A DNA stretch of 63,257 nucleotides, filler included, from Collodictyon triciliatum (taxonomy: Eukaryota), in NCBI GenBank assembly GCA_043381765.1. It is 48 parts of 48 records of this genome, joined end to end, with 100 filler letters (N's around TTAATTAATTAA, not from the genome) between each part and the next. Parts side by side here need not be neighbours in the genome. Positions count along the whole stretch, not along the records: positions 39,695 to 40,914 come from JBHJMP010011819.1; positions 41,015 to 42,232 come from JBHJMP010011820.1; positions 42,333 to 43,550 come from JBHJMP010011821.1; positions 43,651 to 44,867 come from JBHJMP010011822.1; positions 44,968 to 46,183 come from JBHJMP010011823.1; positions 46,284 to 47,499 come from JBHJMP010011824.1; positions 47,600 to 48,814 come from JBHJMP010011825.1; positions 48,915 to 50,129 come from JBHJMP010011826.1; 40 more parts are not named here. The stretch is one strand, 5' to 3'. How positions within the stretch are numbered: position 1 is the stretch's first letter; every line of letters begins with the position of its first letter. Below the pieces are notes generated by a model. It did no database searches, had not been told where the DNA came from, and saw nothing but the letters and a program-made list of their open reading frames with translations. This document shows, in pieces, positions 39,810 to 51,243 of the stretch. The translations under genes were made by a program, and so were the position numbers.

Positions 39810-40780
39810 TTGCCACCTGCTTGCGTATATGAATCTGGATTGCACGGAGCAGACAGGAGCATACAGAGAATTAAGTTTGTATATGAAAGAAAAACATTAT
39901 TGAAAAGTTCATTCTTCTGATTCACCGTAGGTTGTGTATGACGGCCAAGGAGCCATAAAAAAGAAAGGACTATAAGGGCCAAGCTTTGCTATTTAACTTT
40001 CAATGATACTTACAAATAAACAAAGAGATTTAATTAGCATTGAAAACTATATAGAATGAATAGATTGTAAAAGAGAACAATATTCAGGATTAGTGGATAC
40101 AGCAGAGAAGATATGTAATCTGAACAAGAAAATTTAAGGCGAAAAAGAAAAAAAATAGTATGCTGTTGCGCTAGCTTGGATAGACTGAAAGCGAATAGGA
40201 ATTACTCGAAAATTATATAGGTTTTGTGGGTATGTTCATTTTGTTGGTTGAGATAAAGGTATCAGCTCGTCAAATACGTCTGCGTCTGTAAATTACGGCT
40301 GCAGATTCTGATATTAGCATAATGGAAAAAAAATATTGGTATGAGATAGATAAGCAACCTCTTCAATAGATGATCCATGCTTGTCATAGGTTTGTATCAA
40401 CTCAACAGAACATTATAGTCACATTTTCAATATATATTGGAGAAAAGTAGGATGGATAATATTCTTTATTTGAGATACCAACGCCCTTCAACATCAACTG
40501 GTGATGTTGAAGTTGCCAAGTTCTAGACCATATTTGTTCGGAAAGCAAATAAACACAGGAGGTGATTTTATTTGGGGATAACCATGCGGGAAGATAGAGT
40601 CCCCTTCTTCGGATGAGACATCTCACTGTTGATGCGCTCTGTCCAGTTCTTTCTCCTTTTCCTTTCTCCTTTTATTATTTTATTACCTCTTTGTTACTTC
40701 TTATTTTTATCTTTTGTTATTTCTGTTTGGTTTTTTTTTCGGTCTCATTTCAGTTTATTTGACATGTTCGAGAAGAGCTT

Positions 40781-40879
<99 letters not shown>

Positions 40880-41014
40880 TTTTTTTTTTTTTTTGTTTTT
40901 TTGTTTTTTTTGTTNNNNNNNNNNNNNNNNNNNNNNNNNNNNNNNNNNNNNNNNNNNNTTAATTAATTAANNNNNNNNNNNNNNNNNNNNNNNNNNNNNN
41001 NNNNNNNNNNNNNN

Positions 41015-42232
41015 TAAAGCTTCTTCTCTGCTCCCTTGACATTTTCAATCATTTTCCTGCGATATATGAACCCGAAAAGAAGTAAGAAAGCAAAAAATCC
41101 TCCAACGACGACCCCAACGATAAGGAAATAATTGACTTCGTCTCCTTTGGTGCCTATTTCTAAGTTTATGGATTAATCATCTGAGCCACACTATGTTTAA
41201 ATAAATATAATATATTACAAAACATTTAGAGATACCTTTGTTGCACAGTTCCTGGGGACAAAAAAATTCAATTACTTATATGCAAGGTTTATATTGATCA
41301 TAAAAAAGCACAGTCAAGATAATTTTTATGTTATATTTATATCCTATCATTGACGGTTACCTCGTCCATATAATACCCATTATCACATACGCATTTTTTT
41401 GTGCTCTTGTCCATGTGTCCATTATCAGGGCATTCTGGAGATTTGAAATTTAAGAAAATAAAATCATTTCGTCTTTAATTGAAAATTCCTCTTACTTGCA
41501 TGCGTGACTATGAATCCTTCGCATCCTGCACACGGTTCGTTGTAAGTTTTGTTTTCAGAAAGTTTACTGAAGAACCGAATGACGAATCCACCTTTTGATG
41601 AGTATGAGAAGGTTCCTTTCTCTAGGATTTTTGAATAAAACTCTACACTGTCTTCTATCAGATTGATACTGGTGTACGGCATAACTTCAAAGCTAAGATT
41701 GCGAAATTTGGTAAGTGATTACAGTCTCTGAGTTGCTTAATTTAAAATTAATACGAATAGTAATTGTTATTTTCCATCTTCAGGAATTCATATAATAACA
41801 TCGTATTTTCTACTAGAAACATATCTTACTTATCCACGGAGCGAATATTTGCATCTATAATCAAATGAGTTGCATTCTTTAGAATCCAAGTGCAGTTTGT
41901 ATTCTCCAGATACATAGCTTCTCCACTACCGTCATCGAAAATTGATGAAATGAACGAACTAGATACGTGTAATGGTCTTGGAGAGCAAAAACCTTTGAAA
42001 ATTGTTTCATTAAGTAGTTTTAGTTTATCTTCACGTCAATATACGTCTCATACATGCATTTTTTCTAAATAAAAAAATTCACCAGGTTTGTATGCCACGA
42101 CCTGGTTTGTCATAGAGTGTCCGTTTGTTCCACCGAAGCTTACAAGTAATCCTTTCATAAATGCAGCTCCTTGATTTATCACAGAATCATACCCTTGCAC
42201 CTTGTTCTCTTGGAAAAGTTTCCCTTGCCTTT
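41015..42232 (-). CDS. Type I membrane protein: kelch repeat, CUB-like domain, EGF-like domain, TM helix
   Basis: LLVSFGGTNG (kelch), DDGSGEAMYLENTNCTWIL (CUB), CPDNGHMDKSTKKCVCDNGY (EGF), LIVGVVVGGFFAFLLLFGFIYRRK (TM). Confidence 0.75.
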
Positions 42233-42511
42233 NNNNNNNNNNNNNNNNNNNNNNNNNNNNNNNNNNNNNNNNNNNNTTAATTAATTAANNNNNNNNNNNN
42301 NNNNNNNNNNNNNNNNNNNNNNNNNNNNNNNNTTTCTCTTTTTTCTCTTTTTTCTCTTTTTTCTCTTTTTTCTCTTTTTTCTCTTTTTTCTCTTTTTTCT
42401 CTTTTTTCTCTTTTTTCTCTTTTTTCTCTTTTTTGTGAAGCCGATGCTATATATAAATGCGTGTGTATTTATTTTGTCCTAATTGCCTTTGCGCGTTTCA
42501 TGGTTGTGTAG

Positions 42512-43289
42512 ATATGGTCTCTGCAAGATGAAAACATCGCAGCTCGTTCAGCCGTCTCAGCTTCAGCTACATTGAACGGACATGCATCGTCTGTTATCTC
42601 TGTTCATTTTCACCCGACTGCAGAGAATCTTCTTGCATCCGCGTCGAACGATAAGACTGTCAAGTATGTTTCAGATATCAATTAGTTTAGTTGTTCTCTG
42701 TTTTCTTTTCTTTTTTTTACGACTTGTATTGCGAAATTCAGCTGGCATTTTTTGTTTGTATGAAATGAATCAGGTTGTGGGATATCTCTGTGGGCGCTGA
42801 AAAACAGACGCTTGGTGGACATAACGACGTCATCCAACACGCTGCATGGAGCTACGATGGTAAACTCTTGGTGACCACTTGTAAGGACAAAATCATTCGC
42901 GTTTTTGACCCACGCGCAGACGGTGCTGTTCGTGTAAGTATTTCGAACCTGTACTTTTCGAATCAACAGAGGAGACAACACCAAAGCAAAATGTGATGAA
43001 AATACCTTCAACATTTTCTGTTTTGTTTTGTTTTATTTTAATTTATTTTAAAATATTTTAATTTATTTTAATTTATTTTAATTTATTTTAATTTATTTTA
43101 AAATATTTTAATTTATTTTAATTTATTTTAATTTATTTTAATTTTCTACACCAAATGTCTGTCGATATGCGTTTCATTCAGTTTATAAAATCTGCTGCAA
43201 TGTTATTGGTCTAATAAAATGCCATTTTTTGTAGACTACTCAAGGTCATGCAGGTGTGAAGGCTTCACGCGTTGTATGGCTGGGCTCAT
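42512..43289 (+). CDS. Coronin (WD40 actin-binding protein; possibly coronin-7/villidin type) fragment
   Basis: FHPTAENLLASASNDKTVKLWD, WSYDGKLLVTTCKDKIIRVFDPR and GHAGVKASRVVWLG are coronin motifs. Confidence 0.93.
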
Positions 43290-43650
43290 GTAAGATATTC
43301 TAACAAGTAAATTGCTACATGCTTATGGCACTTGTCATTTCCCTCTATTCATCTTTCATATGTATGTGCAAATAAATAAGTGAAACGTATTGAATTGTCG
43401 TTATATGCTTTACTTTTCTCTCTTTTTCTCTCTTTTTCTCTCTTTTTCTCTCTTTTTCTCTCTTTTTCTCTCTTTTTCTCTCTTTTTCTCTCTTTTTCTC
43501 TCTTTTTCTCTCTTTTTCTCTCTTTTTTTCTTTTTTTCTTTTTTTCTTTTNNNNNNNNNNNNNNNNNNNNNNNNNNNNNNNNNNNNNNNNNNNNTTAATT
43601 AATTAANNNNNNNNNNNNNNNNNNNNNNNNNNNNNNNNNNNNNNNNNNNN

Positions 43651-43844
43651 GATTAAACCTCGCCTTGTATGTCTCATGCAAGCACAAGACCCAGGCTACA
43701 GGCCAAACCGCAGGATGCAATTCCTGATTACCGACTACTTTCCGCCACCCGCCACCAAATAGTGCGTTTATGCAAACGATGGCTAGCGAACCAAAGCCAA
43801 CATCTCAACCATCCTGCACAAAATAGAAAGGAATAAAAAAAAAA
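43651..43844 (+). mobile_element. 3' end of a repeated, poly(A)-tailed element; ORF ends ...RMQFLITDYFPPPATK*
   Basis: Stop at 43760-43762, AATAAA running into an A-tract to 43844; about 50-bp homolog at 59440-59490. Confidence 0.6.
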
Positions 43845-44220
43845 CTCTGTTTGGTTGTGCTGGTTTTTGGCCTTTGTTCTTGGCCATCTGTGTGCTTTCG
43901 ACGATGGAGATGTGCGTGTTGAGTGCTTTTTTCACTGGTGAGCTATTCTTCTTGCTATGGAATTGATAATATTTTACATTTTATATTGGAGTACAAAGAC
44001 ATAGGTAATTTTGTTTTTTTTCATAGGAAATTTTTTGTTTCACTAGAGACACACCAAAAAGAATAAGAAAAAATCAAAGCAAAAACGACGGACGGGACGG
44101 AAGTGGAAAAAATAAGGCTAGTGTCTTGGATAACTGAATAAGCGGGTTAGTGACTGTCTCAAAAGTGAATAGCTTGGAATAGATATGATATCCAGCATAG
44201 CTCCCCACACCGTTACTTTA

Positions 44221-44377
44221 GCCGCGAAATTAGGCTGGTACTTGAATGGTTCTTAATTATTTTTTTTGTGGGATGCAACATGGATTTGGCTGGTTTTGCC
44301 GCGAAATGAAAGAAATATTCAATGAATATGTCTTAAAATGTACAATTCTTATGAATTATACATAATTTGCCGCGAAA
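44221..44377. promoter_or_regulatory. Three GCCGCGAAA (TTTCGCGGC) E2F-like sites
   Basis: Exact 9-mer at 44221, 44298 and 44369 in AT-rich non-coding DNA. Confidence 0.35.
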
Positions 44378-44968
44378 ATAAACCAACTCTGTCGATTCTT
44401 AATTTTTTATTTGCAACAGTCTTTGAACAGAGGGAAATAGTGCAGTTGCACATAATATAATGTGTACCTATGGAAGGTACATTAACATTAACATTAACAT
44501 TAACATTAACATATCAAAAAACAAAAGCACCAGAATATTGCATCGTATTAGTTCAAGAGAAAAGCACAGTGTGCGCATCAAATGGCCCACATATCGACCT
44601 TATCCATTCATATATCTGATGGAAAGGGATACAGTCCGCGATCTAAAAAACCAGTGAATCAAAGCACTTTGATACATTTTACTGCTTATTGTTTCTCTTG
44701 AAAGCACTGCAGGCACATATCGCTATTGGAATCCAAGGTCATTTATTTTATTTATTTTACTTATTTTGTTTATTTTGTTTTATTTTGTTTTATTTTGTTT
44801 TATTTTGTTTTATTTTGTTTTATTTTGTTTTATTTTGTTTTATTTTGTTTTATTTTGTTTTATTTTGNNNNNNNNNNNNNNNNNNNNNNNNNNNNNNNNN
44901 NNNNNNNNNNNTTAATTAATTAANNNNNNNNNNNNNNNNNNNNNNNNNNNNNNNNNNNNNNNNNNNNA

Positions 44969-45059
<91 letters not shown>

Positions 45060-45116
45060 GAGGGAAGGAAGGAAGGAAAAGAAAAGAAAGAAAAAAGAAA
45101 GAAAGAGATAGGTGAC

Positions 45117-45782
45117 CAGCTTATATCCCCAACGGAGACCCATAAACATTCTTTTAGCGTGCCATATGTGAGTCTCCAGCCATCTTCCATTTTTTTGTCT
45201 TCTTGTATATTCGTTTGCCAAGTTAGTAGGTCGTCGCCTCCATTTTCGGTTCATCTTCTTCTTAGTTTTAGCTTCATCGGAGCGCATTTTCTATATTGGA
45301 GAACATGGGCAGCATGAAAAGAAGTATATACGTACTACGTTGCCATGATGTAAGACGTTATAATTAAGAGCGAAGTAATGATCAAGTGATTTACATTTAT
45401 ACTAGAATGAATGCTTTGAATCGAATAAAGGGGAAAAAAAGTACTAGAATGAATGAATGAATTAGGCAATAAGAATTGGGATTGTATAGGCCTTCCCACA
45501 TGATGATTGGAAAAGCATATATGTAATTGAGTCATAAGGTCTATTCGATAATGTAGATTGGCAAATATATGCGTATATTTCGGATTCCAATATACAAAAA
45601 ATAAAATCAAGTAGTGTCCATACTTCCTTGAATGCAGCAGCTCGATGACGCTTCGGAATAAGATGAATATTGTGACTCATGCTTCGACGGCGAGCATGAA
45701 AAGGTAGTTTCTGAAAGACGCGACGATTTCCTTTGGGTGTATTCAAAATTTTGGAAACTATGTTCGCTTCAAGAAGACGAGC
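45117..45782 (-). CDS. POP1: RNase P/MRP subunit POP1, N-terminal exons (45782-45624, 45290-45117)
   Basis: [18 protein letters not shown] and [18 protein letters not shown]...WGYKL are POP1 signatures. Confidence 0.95.
45414..45441 (+). mobile_element. 28-bp retro micro-insertion with 14-bp TSD in the POP1 intron
   Basis: TACTAGAATGAATG at 45400-45413 and 45442-45455 flanks ctttgaatcgaataaaggggaaaaaaag. Confidence 0.85.
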
Positions 45783-46283
45783 CTTTTAAATATAGAAGTT
45801 TGTAATGTTTTAGCAGGTCCGGTACAACAAATCTTGAAATATTAGTGCTATTTTAACTGCGTGTGTAAAATCATTGTCATAAAATATTTCAAGCTATCAT
45901 GTCTTGAATGCATTTGTTTTGATTATAGTCAACCAAGAGCGATTGTATTAGCAACAAGTATATATGTATTATATGCAAAGGAACCATAAGGATAGCAATA
46001 AAAGATAAGGTCAGGGAAAAGATAGGAAAAGAAACAGACATTAAATTTGTGAAATTCTTGAGCGGAACAACCAAAGTCGTTTTCTTTGTGTGTGTATGTA
46101 TGTATGTATGTATGTATGTATGTATGTATGTATGTATGTATGTATGTATGTATGTATGTATGTATGTATGTATGTATGTATGTNNNNNNNNNNNNNNNNN
46201 NNNNNNNNNNNNNNNNNNNNNNNNNNNTTAATTAATTAANNNNNNNNNNNNNNNNNNNNNNNNNNNNNNNNNNNNNNNNNNNN

Positions 46284-46830
46284 AGGTGTATGATGACGAG
46301 ATTGAACTGGACATTGATGGGATTAACGAAGAGGTCTTTGGTATCCTACGAAAGAATCTCGACGAATGGCTGAAAACTGAGAAGGAGGGCGGCGAGACTA
46401 CGGCAAAAGAGGTCACACCAGGTTGATAATTCCTTCCATTGTTCTTCATTGATGGCGAATCAATTTTTTCTATATTATTTTACATACACACTTACAATAT
46501 TTTGACTGAGTATCGGCACACAAACGCATACTTTGCGATGTATGCACAGCCAAAGCCAAAGAGGAACATGCCAAGGACGAGCCCCACCCTAAAGTCAAGG
46601 CAGAAGCCGCAGGCTCTGGTGAGGATGATGATGAAGACGGAGATGAGGAGGAGGTGAGTGGCAACGGGCCAGCGCCACGGTCACAGCCGCCGCAGTCACA
46701 GCCACGCTCATCAACATCCATCAACGCAAACACGTCTGCGTTCCTGGGTTTCAGCAGTGATTCGGACGACTCTGATGACGACTCTGATGACTCTGATGAT
46801 GATGACAACGATGCCGGAAAGGACGAGTGA
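46284..46830 (+). CDS. C-terminus of an ET/NET-domain (BET/GTE-like) chromatin protein with S/D-rich tail
   Basis: DDEIELDIDGINEEVFGILRKNLDEW, then a spliced exon ending SSDSDDSDDDSDDSDDDD...E*. Confidence 0.65.
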
Positions 46831-47400
46831 GCTGAAGCCCCGGTTTCTTCCCTCTTTTCGACCCATTCTTTTCCTTTGATTCTAGCTGTTGACATGTTCC
46901 CACGACTTCCTCCCCCTCCTCTGTCTCATCCGCCTCATTACCGGTGGAGTAGCATTCCTCCAGCCTCCTTCCTCTGTACCCCCCACCATATCCCGGCGTC
47001 CTTTCCTGTTCTCCTGCCTTTGTTTGCATCACCATTCTTCCGGATTCACCCGATAAACGCGGCATCAACGACACAGACAAACAGACCCTGCCTACTTGGG
47101 CGCGTGAGTCATTTATCGCATCAGACTCGATGAATAACTGCAGACGGGGGAAGAGTGAACAGGCAAGAGACACAACATAGTGACGGGCAAGTCGGGCCGA
47201 TGAAGGCGAGGAAGAATAGTAGATACACGAATCTGCGGGACAGGGCCGCTGCGCTCTTCCCCAAATACAATAATCAACAGCAGCAGCACAGAGCAGAGAG
47301 GGAGAGAGAAAGAGGCAGAGGCATTAATGAGCTGCTAACAGACAAACAGACAAACAGAACAAGACAGAACAAGACAAAATAAAATAAAATAAAAAAAGCT

Positions 47401-47499
47401 CTAGAACTTCCTGTTTCCAATCCAGCCGTTCTTCCAGAAGGCAAAGAGGATGGAAGAGGCCAGGAAGATGAAGACACCCCAGACATAAGCGTAGCCGAA
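47401..47499 (-). CDS. corA: C-terminal TM helix of a CorA-family Mg2+ transporter
   Basis: FGYAYVWGVFIFLASSILFAFWKNGWIGNRKF* matches the YGY...FKRKGWL end of CorA; only 32 aa visible. Confidence 0.6.
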   Translation of the reverse strand, partial: FGYAYVWGVFIFLASSILFAFWKNGWIGNRKF

Positions 47500-50229
47500 N
47501 NNNNNNNNNNNNNNNNNNNNNNNNNNNNNNNNNNNNNNNNNNNTTAATTAATTAANNNNNNNNNNNNNNNNNNNNNNNNNNNNNNNNNNNNNNNNNNNNA
47601 AACCAAAACAACCCTACACAGAAAAATATTTGAGGAAAATTGGGAATAGCCTAAATATTGAAGTCACTGTAAAAATAACTTTGATGTATCGGTAAAAACA
47701 TATTTTAAATTAGATATAAATGGAAAGGATAAATGACACGATATAAAGGTTCCAACATCAAATCATAAACTAGTATGCTGGGTCAGTAGGGATAAAAGAA
47801 ATGAAATGAAGAAATGAAGAAATAAAAAAATTAAGAAATGAAGAAGTGAAAAATGAAGGAATGAAGGAATGAAGGAATGAAGGAATGAAAAAAATGAAGA
47901 AATTAAGAAATAAAAGAAATAAAACAAGTCTTCCATCTTTGAATTGAATAAATGAAAAAATGAAAAAAATACGAAAAGTATCCACTTATTAGTCTAAGCT
48001 AATAAAGATAAGCAAGGAAATGAGAAGTCACCACCATTTGATCGATCCAGATGCATTGCGGAGGTCCTCAAGCACAGGCCCGAGTTCTGAGGGGAACAAT
48101 AGAGTGCTCATTCTGAGATGGAACGGCACAACCTACGGGCCAGAGAGAGAATGAGTGAGAAAAGGGAGAGTCTAAGAACTATACACAATGCCACCCTTTT
48201 ACACTTTTCTTTTTCATATAATCAGCCGCAGCAAAATAGAAACTATGAAGAAAAGAATTAATAAAATTAGTTAAGAAAATACCCAGTGAGTTACTGGCTG
48301 AATGAACGAATATGAAAGAAAGAAAGAACGAGTGAACATAGTCTGTCAACCACAAATCAGAAGAATAAATCTGTCTTTCATGCGCACCATTTTCATTTGG
48401 CTCCGTTTGCTCGATGGCTGTCGTCAATCACCATCAACTTCCTCGCCCTTTTTTTCTTTCTTCTTTTTCTTTTCTTGTTCTCAATGTCATTGGGATAATT
48501 AGGTTCGTCCTCTTTTCCATGTTTGCATAGAGTTTTCTGTGTCAGTTACTCTCCTTCATTCTTCCGCGCCACCCAAGCCAAAAGGACAGGAATGACAAGC
48601 GAGTGCCCGGAACCCGAAGAATGGGATCGCCGCTGGCTAAGCGGCCGCATAGGCTTCCACGAATCGTCAGTGAATAGGTGGCAGAATTATATCAAAATAA
48701 CATGATTAGTAAAAACACAGAGCTTCGCTGAGTGCAACAAGGTCGTCAGCGGCTTTTAACATTTGCCCTCAGTATGTATTTGAAGTTTCCACACACTGTT
48801 TACCTACTACGATANNNNNNNNNNNNNNNNNNNNNNNNNNNNNNNNNNNNNNNNNNNNTTAATTAATTAANNNNNNNNNNNNNNNNNNNNNNNNNNNNNN
48901 NNNNNNNNNNNNNNGTTGTTGTTTTGTTGTTGTTTTGTTGTTGTTTTGTTGTTGTTTTGTTGTTGTTTTGTTGTTGTTTTGTTGTTGTTTTGTTGTTGTT
49001 TTGTTGTTGTTTTTACATGTTATTGTAGTACTTTGTCTATTGTATGTATTATATCGTTAGAAAATGCCGCCCTCCATTATCTTGTACAGATTGAAAGGAA
49101 GAATAAAAAAAATTGTGATAAAATGCCGTAGATTTAATATCTTAAATGGAAACCGTTTTATATGCAAACTCACCCCTTCGCAATCACCCAAGCGCTGTTC
49201 TGACTCCCTGTTCCCTTCGCATGGGCTCATAAATAGGTATGTTTGACTCGCAGAACGCCAACCCACAACCCTCCTGATTGAAAGCGTGATGTCAGTAGGC
49301 AGCTTTCAAACAGAATAAAAAAAAATTAACCCAATTCAAACAGAAAACCCTACCGTGGATAAGTGTGATAAAAACCCAAGAAAATGGAAAAAGTTGATGT
49401 TGAGTTTTGATTTGACACAACTGCCTTCCCTGAAAGATGACTCTATTGCAATTTGGTATTATTCTTTACATTCCCACAAAGGTACGCAAAAGTATTGGAG
49501 TTTTTTCTCTTTTTTTTTTTTAAAAAAAAAAAAAACAACCATTCCATAGTGCATCATTGGGAACTATGGAAACCAACGCAGCGAAACCTGAATCCTCTCA
49601 AGTAAACACCACGCCGATGGAAGGCGCCACGGAGGCAAAGGTGATAGTTCGAATCAATGACTTTGATTTTTCCAAAGCTTTTTATGTTGAAATCGTTATC
49701 AGACTCACATCCTTTAACCTCCGCAGGAATTCATCGTCCTGGTCATGGGTACATGATTGATTATACCTTTTGGTTCGGCAATCGGTGTTCTCTGCGGAGG
49801 AGCCGAGCAACGACACCTTAAAAAGGGTGCTGCCTATCATGAATATTATTACAGAAACCATTTGCATGAATTTTCTGTATAACGTTAAAATAATCAATGC
49901 AACGCCTGCTGTAAAAAGGGCTGCAGTCCTGATAACAGCCTCATTTTTATTCGCTGTTACTTCCTTTGCATTATGGTTCGAGTAAGTACCAAATGAATAT
50001 GGTTCGGACCCCTCCAACAATCACAGCAATAAATCTGCGGATGACGCTCTTGCTTTTATGCGCTTCTTTCTCTCTAATTAGTGGTACGACAGTTATCATA
50101 TCCCATACTTTCTTGTGTTTTTATCACGANNNNNNNNNNNNNNNNNNNNNNNNNNNNNNNNNNNNNNNNNNNNTTAATTAATTAANNNNNNNNNNNNNNN
50201 NNNNNNNNNNNNNNNNNNNNNNNNNNNNN

Positions 50230-51243
50230 TTTTTTTTTGATAATATTGGTATTTTGAATTTTGAATTTGAAATAACTTTCTTTTGAAACAATAATGACAC
50301 CGCCAAGCCGTCTGTTTGTATCATGTATTTAATATTGTAGTTTCTTTGATGTAAGACCCTCTTCTTCATTTCAAAGAAATCATCCCATAGGGTATCTTTG
50401 CATCCTGATATATTCTTCTTTAATATTGTTTTCCCATTTGATACTAATAGATATCTCAAACATGCAGTATCTAGAGCAATATGAAATGATATATTGCTAG
50501 TTCTTACAGAGATTGGTTGAAAAGTTTGGTTCCAATGTCCTCAAAAATGCGATTCATGTAAATCAGATACGGTATGTGCTTATTTGGATTGAGTTTGACG
50601 TCATATTCGATACCTTTTACAATATCATTGGGAATGATACGATGCAAATGCGTTCTAGCCCATTCTTTATATTGCTCCGGTATTTCGAGATTCTTGAAGA
50701 TGACTTCTTTAACTTTCGTAACTTTGCCTTTTTAATAGCTTCCGTGATATTCCCATCTTTAGGAGCTGTTTGATTTATAAAGCGCAGTAATCTCTTTACA
50801 AATGTTCCTTAATGTCATTATGATAAGCTGCTAACATTTGCTTCGCCAAGTACGGTAATACATGAGATAATCCAACCAATAGAAAGCGTTCTTATCAGGA
50901 TAAAAGAAATCGGAAATCATAGAGATAAAAAGTCATCATGTCATTGCTCATTTCTGGACGTTTTTTTAAACTTGAGGGTTTATCTTGTGAAACTACCCCT
51001 ATTGTCTTTAAAGCGCACAAAAAAAATTTCATCGATTGTTGGGAGGTGTTGTGATTTCAATATGTAACATCTTGCAAACAGATAAGTGTCGGTAACCAAA
51101 TTATGACACAATAAAATCGTATCCTTGATTTTGTAATAGTCATCCGCATTCTTTACAATCGACTTTAGAGATGTTTTCGCATTTCTATTGTCTGGTTCTA
51201 CAGACTTTAGATTCTCAGACTCAAGGCGTTTTCTTTTCTTCAT
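50230..51243 (-). pseudogene. Fanzor1-like (eukaryotic TnpB) nuclease pseudogene, N-terminal part
   Basis: Across frameshifts: KTSLKSIV, YLFARCYIL, LPYLAKQMLAAYHNDIKEH, KRLLRFINQ, HIALDTACL, LWDDFF and MIQTDGLAVSLLF. Confidence 0.85.

Noticed and set aside
48350-48395. MVRMKDRFILL on the minus strand as a POP5 N-terminus
   Set aside because: Downstream exon-like segments do not resemble POP5; probably a chance frame.
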